In this document: piece after piece, positions 1 to 8,816 of the stretch
How the letters are laid out: every line of letters starts with the position of its first letter
Numbering within the stretch: position 1 is the first letter of the stretch
From: Candidatus Saccharimonadales bacterium
Lineage (GTDB): Bacteria > Patescibacteriota > Saccharimonadia > Saccharimonadales > Saccharimonadaceae
Length of the DNA: 32,572 nucleotides
Assembly: GCA_044341315.1 (NCBI GenBank)
Contig: JBIIRX010000001.1
Location: 1 to 32,572 of the forward strand
Reading direction: 5' to 3'
The notes under the pieces: generated by a model
The model's database searches: none
What the model was told of the DNA's origin: nothing
Seen by the model: the letters and a program-made list of their open reading frames with translations, nothing else
Made by a program: the position numbers and the translations under genes

Positions 1-582
1 CATACCAATAATGGCGAAACCGAGCAAGCCAGCAAAGGTATAGTCGAAGGCAGTGAGGCTCTTTTCGTTGAGCTGCTCACCTTGAACGGTAAATGGCGTA
101 TCAGACGGTACCAGGTTTGCGTTGATGGCCTTAAACTGGCTTTCAAGTATAGATGTGAGTGCAGTGCCGGACTGTTGGTTATTTTGCGTATAAATAACCT
201 GAGCTGTTCCGCTCGGGTACTGTTTTCCTGGTTCTACTTCACCAAAAGATTTCGGCAGTACAATTGCTGCATCAAGCTCAGAACGGCTCATTTTTTCTTT
301 GGCGGCATCGAGCGACGTCACGTCTTTGTTGATTTTTAGGACACCACCGTCTTCTGTTTGCTTCACAAACTCCTGCGCATAGGAAGAGCTCGATTCGTTA
401 ACGAGGGCGACGTTAAACGAGATACTGGAGTTGTTGCTATTAAGACTACCAAAAACAAATAGGAAAATCAGTGGAAAAATGATGCTAAAGAAGATAGCTA
501 AACGATCACGGAAAAATCGCTTTGTATTAATCCGGACAAATGTGAGTACGGTAAACCAGTCTTTTTTGAATTTCTCAAACAT
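1..582 (-). CDS. ABC-2 type transporter permease (3' part runs off the window)
   Basis: Not in the ORF track. Manual translation from the ATG at 582 gives MFEKFKKDWFTVLTFVRINTKRFFRDRLAIFFSIIFPLIFLFVFGSLN...SLTAFDYTFAGLLGFAIIGM, with the typical 'RD...F...FP' N-terminus. It is open to base 1 and has a TAATG overlap with the ATPase stop. Confidence 0.9.
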   Translation of the reverse strand, partial: MFEKFKKDWFTVLTFVRINTKRFFRDRLAIFFSIIFPLIFLFVFGSLNSNNSSISFNVALVNESSSSYAQEFVKQTEDGGVLKINKDVTSLDAAKEKMSRSELDAAIVLPKSFGEVEPGKQYPSGTAQVIYTQNNQQSGTALTSILESQFKAINANLVPSDTPFTVQGEQLNEKSLTAFDYTFAGLLGFAIIGM

Positions 583-1343
583 TATTGTGCATCCCTTATT
601 GCTTTACCGGTAAGGTCGATGAAAACATCTTCCAGGCTCGCCTGCTCGACGTGTTGTTTTTTCTTAAAACCGCGAGCAAGCAGCTGCTTGATGAGATTCT
701 TTGGTGTATCGATAGCAATAATTTTGCCATTATCCATAATAGCGATCCGATCACACAGAATTTCCGCTTCGTCCATGTAGTGCGTGGTAAGAATAACGCT
801 AATACCACGGTCGCGCACTTTTTCGATTAAATCCCATAAATTGCGGCGTGCTTGTGGGTCAAGACCAGTGGTTGGCTCATCGAGGAAAAACACCTTAGGG
901 CCGTGCACCAATGCAGTGGTGATGCTCAAGCGCTGCTTTTGGCCACCAGAAAGATTCTCTACGTAATCCTTAGCCTTCTCTTCGAGGTCAACGTCACGAA
1001 GGAACTGCATTGGGTCTACTTTTTCACCGTAAGCAGCCGCAAACAGCTCAATGACCTCCGTCAGGCGAGTCTTGTCCTGAAAGGCGGGTGACTGTGGCTG
1101 CACCCCAATCAAGTATTTAATTGCTTGAGGGTCTTTTTTGACATCAACCCCGTCAATATGCACCGTCCCTTCATCAATTGACCGGAGTGTTTCCATCATT
1201 TCAAGGGTAGTGGTTTTACCTGCGCCATTCGGCCCGAGGATGCCAAAGATTTCACCTTTTTTTACTGTAAAGCTGACACCATTCACAGCCTGTTTCTCAC
1301 CATAGCGTTTCTTGAGGTTCGTTACTTCTACCATATGCGTCAT
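582..1343 (-). CDS. ABC transporter ATP-binding protein (DrrA/CcmA-like exporter ATPase)
   Basis: Walker A GPNGAGKTT, signature LSGGQKQR, Walker B FFLDEPTTGLD, H-loop TTHYMDEAE. Confidence 0.95.
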   Translation of the reverse strand: MTHMVEVTNLKKRYGEKQAVNGVSFTVKKGEIFGILGPNGAGKTTTLEMMETLRSIDEGTVHIDGVDVKKDPQAIKYLIGVQPQSPAFQDKTRLTEVIELFAAAYGEKVDPMQFLRDVDLEEKAKDYVENLSGGQKQRLSITTALVHGPKVFFLDEPTTGLDPQARRNLWDLIEKVRDRGISVILTTHYMDEAEILCDRIAIMDNGKIIAIDTPKNLIKQLLARGFKKKQHVEQASLEDVFIDLTGKAIRDAQ

Positions 1344-1349
1344 ATGCTC

Positions 1350-1379
1350 ATTCTACCCCCTGTACCCCATTGATTGCAA
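1350..1379 (-). promoter_or_regulatory. sigma70-type promoter, leaderless, for the ABC operon
   Basis: TTGCAA-N18-TAGAAT ending 6 nt before the ATG at 1343; no SD. Confidence 0.6.
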
Positions 1380-1380
1380 C

Positions 1381-1411
1381 AAAAAACACCCCCGGGGAAT
1401 GGGGGTGTTTT
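1381..1411 (-). terminator. intrinsic terminator
   Basis: AAAACACCCCC-GGGGAAT-GGGGGTGTTTT inverted repeat with a T-run on the minus strand. Confidence 0.85.
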
Positions 1412-1486
1412 GGCACCTGTTTGTTTGACCTAAGTATAGAGGACAAACTGCTTATGGCGCAATAGTATTTTTTACTATATTAAATA

Positions 1487-1693
1487 CTACTTCTTCTTTG
1501 AAACAGTCAGGAAACCGTTACGTGGGTTTTCCTTAACAATACGGTCTTCTGGAAGGTCCACTGGAGTACCCTTTTCGTTCTTCTCAACTTTAGCGAAGAA
1601 GAAGATTGTTTGCGGCTTACCACCACGAAGTGTTACTTCAGTGCTGTGCAGGTAGTATGTAATGCCCTTTGAGTTAGTGTGACTGTATGCCAT
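1487..1693 (-). CDS. small basic hypothetical protein (68 aa)
   Basis: MAYSHTNSKGITYYLHSTEVTLRGGKPQTIFFFAK...KENPRNGFLTVSKKK with GGAGG upstream (1706-1710). The ORF-track start at 1891 overlaps the neighbouring gene and is rejected. Confidence 0.8.
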   Translation of the reverse strand: MAYSHTNSKGITYYLHSTEVTLRGGKPQTIFFFAKVEKNEKGTPVDLPEDRIVKENPRNGFLTVSKKK

Positions 1694-1764
1694 ATAAGTG
1701 TTATACCTCCTATTAGTAGTGTACGAGGGTAATCGTACAGCTTCGCTAGGGAAACTGTCAACAA

Positions 1765-2397
1765 TTAAATTCGTTTGTAGTGCCGTTTGAGCATCAACCG
1801 AAGGATTGCCATGCTGATAGTTCGAATGAGAATTAGGACCACGACGACCATACAGGCCACTACCGACCAGCCGGCAAAATCCGGGCTCCACAGTGGTGAA
1901 CTAAAGTTATGAATATAGGCCTCTTGGCGCGGCTTTGAGGTGTCGTCTGCAGGGTTCTCTGCGGCGGGGTATTTCGACAATTCATTAGTGGTACATTGGA
2001 GGTACGCGTAGGAATAGGCACTAAATTGCGGGGCGCATACCTCCTGGGCCTTTTGATAAATATTTCCATTTGGATTTCCGTCGCCGTACTGCGTCGTTTG
2101 CCAGTTTTGTAAATCACGATTATAGGTCTTTTCGAGGTATACACCTTGGCCTAAATCGGCATTCATATGGCCGCTGACGTATCGTTGTAAATCATACAGC
2201 CTTTCAATGAGTGCGTCCTTGTTTCCGGACTCATCTGCGTTCATGACCGCTTCTCGGCGCTGCACCATACCAATATTGTTAAGCCGTAAAAATGTTGCCG
2301 CGACGAACCCAAAAATAATCAACAATACAAAAAGCTGCCACGTTTTAACTCGCTGCAAATCATATATATTCTTTTTAATCCGACCTTTATCCGCCAC
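1765..2397 (-). CDS. hypothetical membrane protein (two TM helices flanking an external domain with 2 Cys)
   Basis: 210-aa ORF with a GTG start and hydrophobic segments near both termini; TGcTACAAT extended -10 at 2433-2441. Confidence 0.8.
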   Translation of the reverse strand: MADKGRIKKNIYDLQRVKTWQLFVLLIIFGFVAATFLRLNNIGMVQRREAVMNADESGNKDALIERLYDLQRYVSGHMNADLGQGVYLEKTYNRDLQNWQTTQYGDGNPNGNIYQKAQEVCAPQFSAYSYAYLQCTTNELSKYPAAENPADDTSKPRQEAYIHNFSSPLWSPDFAGWSVVACMVVVVLILIRTISMAILRLMLKRHYKRI

Positions 2398-2447
2398 GTT
2401 CTGAGGAGTCCCACCTACTGTAAACTAGTCTTATTGTAGCATGAAGC

Positions 2448-3665
2448 TTATTTTTTATAGAGGGGGAAACGTGCCGTCAAAATAAGAAGTGCCATGCCAG
2501 CCGCTATAAAGAAAAAGTGAGTAAGTCCCTGCGTACCACCGACATTCAACGCAAGCAATGCCAGAGCAAGGCCGGCAAGTCCTGCTCCAAGATTAGAAAG
2601 CATTTCAGTCAAGCCCAGATAGGTCGTTCGGAGGCCTGATAAGTCGGCATTATCAAACACAGCACGGGTATACGGCATCGTGTATCCAGTTGTTGCTACT
2701 TCGTTGGCTGCATTTAAGCCCGCCACAACCCCTGGTGCAGCAACGAACGGACGGACTGTGTGCGTTACGGCGTTGAAAAGTGCCGAAAAGCGCATGAGCT
2801 CGCCACCTCGCTTACGATCAATCACCTTTCCGTACGCGTATGATGCCACCAACGCGGCCAAAAACACTACCGTTAACAACGCACCGATTGCAACATACAC
2901 TTTATTGTCACTCGAGATACCCAGTACTATGACTGCCGTATACAGAGCCCAAGCGTTGCCAGAAGCAAACACGTCGAAGCCATACGACACTTGAGCCAAC
3001 GCATGCTGACGAAGGAGTCGCCACGGAAATCCTCGGATTTGTAGTTTCACACGTGTCGTTACCGGCTCCCCGGTCGCAAACAACGGTGCCGCAGCCAAGG
3101 CAAAAAGTGCCGCAGAAAGCATGATAGTCACCTGCGGATTCCACAAAAAAGCAATCACGCCCCCGATCAATGGTGTAAGTCCGGCAGTGAGTTTTTCGAT
3201 AATATTCATATACCCAATTTCTTTACCGGCATGGTCAGTACTCTTCACTTTTGAAAAGTCGACTGTATAGGCAACTGAGTAGAGCGTTGCCGAGAATGCC
3301 TGCAGTATAAGCGATGGAATAAGCACCCACAGCCCATATTGCGGTACAAAGGCAAAACCGATCATGGCTGGGATATACATAATGTTGGCGGCAAGCGTGG
3401 CGTGTTTAGGGCCAACCCAGCCAACGAGCATAGCGCTCGGGAGTGCAAATAGCGTTTTAGCAACAAAGAATCCAGCCCAAACAAAGCCAATCGCAGCAAT
3501 CCCAAATCCATTTTGGTACAAATATATAGAAATAAAGGAATTGACAATAAAGATCGCCGCTAAGCGCAACATTCGCGAAGTATACAACTCAGCAACCTCA
3601 TCAAACGTCGCATAGCGCCAGAAATGGCGCCGCAAAAATAACTTGTGAATGAAAGATTTTACCAC
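2448..3665 (-). CDS. MFS transporter
   Basis: 405 aa, about 12 hydrophobic segments, motif-A-like 'GKVIDRKRGG'. Confidence 0.85.
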   Translation of the reverse strand: MVKSFIHKLFLRRHFWRYATFDEVAELYTSRMLRLAAIFIVNSFISIYLYQNGFGIAAIGFVWAGFFVAKTLFALPSAMLVGWVGPKHATLAANIMYIPAMIGFAFVPQYGLWVLIPSLILQAFSATLYSVAYTVDFSKVKSTDHAGKEIGYMNIIEKLTAGLTPLIGGVIAFLWNPQVTIMLSAALFALAAAPLFATGEPVTTRVKLQIRGFPWRLLRQHALAQVSYGFDVFASGNAWALYTAVIVLGISSDNKVYVAIGALLTVVFLAALVASYAYGKVIDRKRGGELMRFSALFNAVTHTVRPFVAAPGVVAGLNAANEVATTGYTMPYTRAVFDNADLSGLRTTYLGLTEMLSNLGAGLAGLALALLALNVGGTQGLTHFFFIAAGMALLILTARFPLYKK

Positions 3666-3743
3666 TGTTTGTATTGCCCACGTTGTATTTGATTTAATTA
3701 CAACACACTTACCCCCATGAGTACAAGTGGTATACTACAGGAG

Positions 3744-5000
3744 ATGAATATATACTTTTCCGGACTCGGTGGTGTTGGTATTGGGCCGCTCTGTGAAATT
3801 GCTCGTGATGCCGGCGAAACAGTGATGGGCTCAGACATTGCTGAAGGGCTCGTTACCGATGAACTGCGTCAACAAGGAGTACCAATTGAGATTAACCAAG
3901 ACGGAAGTTTTCTCCGTGCATGCCACGAACAAACACCGCTGGACTGGTTTGTCTACACTTCCGCGTTACCTGAAACCCACCCAGAGCTCGTGCTTGCCCG
4001 CGAGCTGGGTATTCGAACCGCTAAGCGCGACGAATTTCTCGCTGCGTTCCTAAAGACACATGCATTAAAACTTATTGCCATTTCGGGGACACATGGTAAG
4101 ACGACGACCACCGGTATGACAGTCTGGGCAATGAAACAACTTGGCATTCCGGTCAGTTATTCAATTGGCTCAACCGTCAGTTTTGGCCCAAGCGGCGCCT
4201 TTGACCCTGCCAGCGAATATTTTGTGTACGAGTGTGACGAATATGACAAAAACTTCCTGCATTTTACCCCCTACGTCTCACTCCTTCCAAGCGTCGATTA
4301 TGACCACCCTGACACCTACCCAACCGAAGAGTCGTACCAAGCTGCATTTCGCCAATACATCGATCAATCACAACTGACCATCACCTGGCAGTCAGTAACT
4401 GAGTTTGTGATACCATCGGACACTGCACAGGTGTGGTCACTCAGCGACGATGAAGCATTGCCACTCACACTTCCTGGTATCCACAATCGTCGTAACGCAA
4501 CCCTGGTCTACAAGGCGCTTGAATACCTCCAAGCTGGTGAGCCACAGGCGCTGATAGAAGCGGTACAAACATTTCCAGGTACCGACCGCCGCTTCGAAAA
4601 ACTGGCACCAAACCTTTACAGTGATTACGGTCATCACCCCGAAGAGATTGCCGCCACGCTGCAACTTGCCCGCGAGCTTTCTGACCATATCGTGCTAGTG
4701 TATCAACCACACCAAAACTGGCGCCAGCATTTTATTCGTTCCCAGTACACCACCCAATTCGAGGCTGCCGAAAAGGTGTATTGGCTGCCCACCTACTTAA
4801 CGCGCGAAAATACCGAGCAAGTTGTGCTCACCCCTCAAGAGCTCACAACGTCAATCACAAACCCTGCGGCGCTTCATTATGCAGAGCTTAACGAAGCGCT
4901 TTGGAAAGACATTCAAAGTGATCTAGAGAATGGAGCCTTAGTACTCTGTATGGGCGCCGGAACCATCGACGCCTGGGTGCGCACTAACCTTTCCAGGTAA
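3744..5000 (+). CDS. murC: UDP-N-acetylmuramate--L-alanine ligase (MurC/Mpl family)
   Basis: GLGGVGI Rossmann motif, SGTHGKTTT P-loop, ECDEYD, DYGHHPEEI, YQPH. The ATG at 3744 follows TGgTATACT and AGGAG. Confidence 0.85.
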   Translation: MNIYFSGLGGVGIGPLCEIARDAGETVMGSDIAEGLVTDELRQQGVPIEINQDGSFLRACHEQTPLDWFVYTSALPETHPELVLARELGIRTAKRDEFLAAFLKTHALKLIAISGTHGKTTTTGMTVWAMKQLGIPVSYSIGSTVSFGPSGAFDPASEYFVYECDEYDKNFLHFTPYVSLLPSVDYDHPDTYPTEESYQAAFRQYIDQSQLTITWQSVTEFVIPSDTAQVWSLSDDEALPLTLPGIHNRRNATLVYKALEYLQAGEPQALIEAVQTFPGTDRRFEKLAPNLYSDYGHHPEEIAATLQLARELSDHIVLVYQPHQNWRQHFIRSQYTTQFEAAEKVYWLPTYLTRENTEQVVLTPQELTTSITNPAALHYAELNEALWKDIQSDLENGALVLCMGAGTIDAWVRTNLSR

Positions 5001-5661
5001 CATCAAATTCTTCGAAGAAAAAAGGATCTTTGAAGAATGTTCGGGCCATGATTTCCTGCACTGCCGGTGAGAGTGACAGCTGATCGAGCTTGTGAGGCCG
5101 TGCCCACAGTAAATCGTCCCTGGTGATGTCGTATTCACGGTAGGCCCGAAATACATGCACGAGCGTTGTTGAAAGCTGCTCATTTTCCTTATAAACGCGA
5201 ATATAGGCATCACCTGCATGCTCGAGGTCTGGATTCTCAATGCCAAGCTTTTCAAAGGCTTCGCGCTGCGCCGCATCCTCAGTAGAACGGTCTTCAACAT
5301 GGAGTTTTCCATAGGGTAATGTCCAGGTATGTATGTACGGCTGTTTTGTGCGCCGCTGTAACAGTACATCACCTTCACCATTTTGAATAACAAGCATGGT
5401 GATAATTTTTGGTTGCGTTCGGACGCTTTTCTTCTCCACGCTGACACGATCGACATACGAAAGCCCTACAGTACTTAACGTATAGCCCGTCTCTTTCTTT
5501 TCAACCAAGCCGGTCTTTACTAAGCCTTTTAAATGGTAGGTGAATAGATTGGTATCAACCTTAGGCGGGCGAAGTTCACTAAACCGAGCGACGTCCGTGT
5601 ACATTAAGACGTCAATAATATGCTTTTGTATATGATGATTGACGGAATAATTCTCAAACAT
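4984..5661 (-). CDS. winged-helix (ArsR/HxlR-like) + Nudix domain protein
   Basis: N-terminal 'ARFSELRP...NLFTYHLKGLVKTGLVEK...GYTLS' wHTH; C-terminal degenerate Nudix box LPYGKLHVEDRSTEDAAQREAFEKLGI. Confidence 0.8.
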   Translation of the reverse strand: MFENYSVNHHIQKHIIDVLMYTDVARFSELRPPKVDTNLFTYHLKGLVKTGLVEKKETGYTLSTVGLSYVDRVSVEKKSVRTQPKIITMLVIQNGEGDVLLQRRTKQPYIHTWTLPYGKLHVEDRSTEDAAQREAFEKLGIENPDLEHAGDAYIRVYKENEQLSTTLVHVFRAYREYDITRDDLLWARPHKLDQLSLSPAVQEIMARTFFKDPFFFEEFDVTWKG

Positions 5662-5748
5662 ATTTGACTCAATTTATACTTACTATCTGATTTTATAGTA
5701 GCAGCTTATACTCAAAGTGTCATCAGTTATAACCCCTGGAGAACGACA

Positions 5749-7041
5749 ATGCACAAGAGCAGTGAAATACTTATCGCAAATAATATTGAGCACGCAAAAA
5801 ATCACCCAGAGTTAGTCAAATATGCTGAAACAGAAACAAAATTATTTGTCACTGAACCAGCCGCTTTTGCGCATTTCCGTGACCAAGCCGTGACAATTGA
5901 GCAGCACTACCTCAGTACACCTCAAGATGAATTCAGTTTGCGCCTGCGCAAAACATACCTACCCGACGGTCCTCGGTATACTGCCGATCTTAAAGATCGT
6001 GGTGAATATGCCAGCGGTGCGCTGCGTAGAACTGAAATACCAGTCTCTAATTTGTCACAACAAGCGTATGAATACTATGCCAACCACCCGCTGGCCGTCC
6101 CACTTGTTCAACACCGCGCGTACATCACTAAAGAGATGAGTATTGATTTCATTGATGGGTTTGAGTATCCAGTGATAGAAATTGAAACAGAAGACGCAGC
6201 TCGACGAGCTGAACTGCTTGAATTGTTAGAGGGAAATGTCATGGACGTCACCGAGACAGGTGCAGCCAACAAGGAGCGTATCGCCCACTTAATTAATGGG
6301 AGTGAGCATCGAGCGTCACCAGAAAGTCTCGATGTATTCACCGACCGAGTTGTCCGAGAAATGGTCGCACACTACGTGAGCGGCAAAAACCATGTCGTTG
6401 TTGGCCTTACGGGTATGTCAGGTTCGGGGAAAACCACCGTTACCCGCCTCATCCAACAAAAGCTCGTTGAGAATTTTGGAGATAGTTTCAACCCCGCAGT
6501 CGTCTCTACCGATGATTACCACTGGGGTAAGGCGGCGCTCGACGCCATCAATGGTGAGCCATGGACTGCTTGGGATGATCCGCGCACCTACAACACCGTA
6601 GCCCTTGCCGAAGATCTTACCCGCCTCAAGGCTGGAGATGCTATCGATGGACGCCGCTTCGATTTCGAGACTGAGGAGCCTATTCTTACGTCTCCCATTC
6701 CAGCAGCACCGTTTGTGATCGTTGAAGGTCTCTACGCAGGTAGCAAAGACCTTGAAGATGTACGAGACCTTCACTTTGCACTGCCTTCTTCTATCGCGAC
6801 AAGCATTGGTCGTGACGTTCGTCGGCTCATCATCGAAAACCGCGCCAACCGGGCATTCCCAACCCCAGAAAGTCGTTTGAAGTACCAATTAGAAGAAGCG
6901 CTTCCGCTGTATTTGGAGCAAGAACGACCACGGAGAAATGGCTACAGCGCCAGTTGCCGGGCTATGGCTGAACGAGCCGGTATGCTCGAACAACTACGCC
7001 GCGCCCCGTCGGCTACGCAGCTGGAGTTGCATCAGGGATGA
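5749..7041 (+). CDS. CYTH (triphosphate tunnel) domain fused to a uridine kinase/PRK-like P-loop kinase
   Basis: ExExK (ETETK), QHYL, LRLRK and IEIE CYTH motifs, followed by GLTGMSGSGKTT, STDDYH, WDDP and VIVEGLYA; GGAG SD. Confidence 0.8.
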   Translation: MHKSSEILIANNIEHAKNHPELVKYAETETKLFVTEPAAFAHFRDQAVTIEQHYLSTPQDEFSLRLRKTYLPDGPRYTADLKDRGEYASGALRRTEIPVSNLSQQAYEYYANHPLAVPLVQHRAYITKEMSIDFIDGFEYPVIEIETEDAARRAELLELLEGNVMDVTETGAANKERIAHLINGSEHRASPESLDVFTDRVVREMVAHYVSGKNHVVVGLTGMSGSGKTTVTRLIQQKLVENFGDSFNPAVVSTDDYHWGKAALDAINGEPWTAWDDPRTYNTVALAEDLTRLKAGDAIDGRRFDFETEEPILTSPIPAAPFVIVEGLYAGSKDLEDVRDLHFALPSSIATSIGRDVRRLIIENRANRAFPTPESRLKYQLEEALPLYLEQERPRRNGYSASCRAMAERAGMLEQLRRAPSATQLELHQG

Positions 7042-7399
7042 TAAGTTCGGGGTTGAGGGGGTCGCCGTTAAATGCGTCGACCGCCTTCGCCTTTTTCGCC
7101 TGTTCATCATACAACTTCATAAATTCTTGAATTGTGCCTTTGTTGACGGCACCTGTTGCACTATACGAATCAATTTTCGTTTCTTTATCCACTTTATTAC
7201 TTACCGACTGGTAGCCCGGACGGCTTAAATCGAGCTGCGCTGCGCCACTAATGCTATACAGCGTCATGCTAACGACGGTGAGTATCAGCGCTATTATTAC
7301 TGTCAGAATAAGAAGCAGTGAAAAACGATGTGCTGCCCAGAAGGGGGTACCTTTTACCGTAATTGGCTCAAAAACAGGTGGCGTTTCTTCGGTATTCAT
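7013..7399 (-). CDS. hypothetical single-pass membrane protein
   Basis: 128 aa with one TM helix; TAATG coupling to the upstream gene. Confidence 0.75.
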   Translation of the reverse strand: MNTEETPPVFEPITVKGTPFWAAHRFSLLLILTVIIALILTVVSMTLYSISGAAQLDLSRPGYQSVSNKVDKETKIDSYSATGAVNKGTIQEFMKLYDEQAKKAKAVDAFNGDPLNPELIIPDATPAA

Positions 7400-7941
7400 T
7401 ACTCTGATATCCTTTCATAGTTCACTAGAAAGTCTCCGACAGATGAGCGATAGTCATCAATCAGGGCATGGAGCTTTGTCACGTCATCATGTACTTTAGT
7501 GCGCAGTTCACGAGCAGACTGCAGGGCATTGAAGAAGGCGGCGGGTTCTGCCTCGCAATTAATACGAAGTGCCTGCGCCACTTTTTGCTCATAGGCTATG
7601 TAGTCAGCTCGGAAGGTATCAAGCGCCGACCGATAGCTCCCTGTTACCGACACCATTCCCTTATTGTCGAGGCTATTACTTCCCAATCGAGCATTAAAGC
7701 GATCCATAAGGTTCGTTGCCATTGACTCGTAAATCTGACCACGATTGACACGAAGAAGCGCGTCGGTTGCGTGGAGCTGCGTGACAGTACCCTTTAACGA
7801 AACACAGTTCGCTTTGATACGATTCTCTTCTTCGGTCGTAAGTGTTCGCGGGCTCGACTGGGCCTGAACAGCACTTGCCCATGTAAGCGCAAGGACTGCA
7901 ATAAACAACGAGGTGCCAAAGATACGAATAATAGCGCGCAT
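7399..7941 (-). CDS. hypothetical secreted helical protein
   Basis: Signal peptide ending AVQA, amphipathic helices, 2 Cys; TGcTATAAT 9 nt before the ATG. Confidence 0.8.
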   Translation of the reverse strand: MRAIIRIFGTSLFIAVLALTWASAVQAQSSPRTLTTEEENRIKANCVSLKGTVTQLHATDALLRVNRGQIYESMATNLMDRFNARLGSNSLDNKGMVSVTGSYRSALDTFRADYIAYEQKVAQALRINCEAEPAAFFNALQSARELRTKVHDDVTKLHALIDDYRSSVGDFLVNYERISE

Positions 7942-7965
7942 ATCTGTATCATTATAGCACCTTGA

Positions 7966-8766
7966 CTACTTACTTACGTGAACCAACTCTCCTGTAATAG
8001 TCACAAGCCCGTCCTTTATAAGCCCTTGGAGTGCCGCCTCGAACCGCTCATCAGCGGTGACCGCTTGGCGAAGTGCAGCCTCGGACAATCGTCGCGCCGA
8101 CAACACACGTAGAATCTGCCCACGAACTTCACGTACACTCCCCTTTAGCGGTGCCTGTTTTTTATAGTGTTTACTTTTGGTATTCATACCTGCGCCTTGG
8201 CGTTTTAAGTAGGAGCCATAATCCATCAATGCCCAGTACCATTCACGTGGATGCTCCTTATCTATAGTCGCCTCGACGAACGCGCGCAGCTCAGTATCGC
8301 TCACCTCAGTCTGACCTTCAAAGAAATGATAAAAATAGACGGTACGAACATTTGTTTCAATAAAGAGTGACGGTTGATTAAAGCTATACGCAAGCAGTGC
8401 GCCGGCCGTATTCACACCGACACCAGGGAGTTTGATAAGTTCAGTCGACGAGGACGGGAATTCGCCGTCGTATTCAGACACAACCATTTTGGCAGCTTCA
8501 TGCAAGAATTTTGCTCGCCGGTTGTACCCCAGACCACTCCAAAGCTGTAGTACAGTATCGAGACTCGCCGCGGCGAGTGACTGCACCGTCGGAAATGCAT
8601 CAATAAAAGCTTGAAACTTGGGACGCACCCGGTCAACCTGCGTTTGTTGGAGCATGATCTCGCTCACAAGCACGTAATATGGACGCGTGTCGTTGCGCCA
8701 GGGCATGTCGCGAAAGAGTTCTCTCCCCTTTTGCCAAATGATTTCTTGAAACGCCTGTGGTGTCAT
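7966..8766 (-). CDS. mutY: A/G-specific adenine glycosylase, MutY-like (no Fe-S cysteines, no MutT-like domain)
   Basis: RDMPWR, PYYVLVSEIMLQQTQV, WSGLGYNRRA, HhH LPGVGVNTA, ETNVR. Confidence 0.85.
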   Translation of the reverse strand: MTPQAFQEIIWQKGRELFRDMPWRNDTRPYYVLVSEIMLQQTQVDRVRPKFQAFIDAFPTVQSLAAASLDTVLQLWSGLGYNRRAKFLHEAAKMVVSEYDGEFPSSSTELIKLPGVGVNTAGALLAYSFNQPSLFIETNVRTVYFYHFFEGQTEVSDTELRAFVEATIDKEHPREWYWALMDYGSYLKRQGAGMNTKSKHYKKQAPLKGSVREVRGQILRVLSARRLSEAALRQAVTADERFEAALQGLIKDGLVTITGELVHVSK

Positions 8767-8816
8767 CGCAGTTTAGTATACACCGAGTTACACGGCTACG
8801 GAGTATACTAAGAGGT

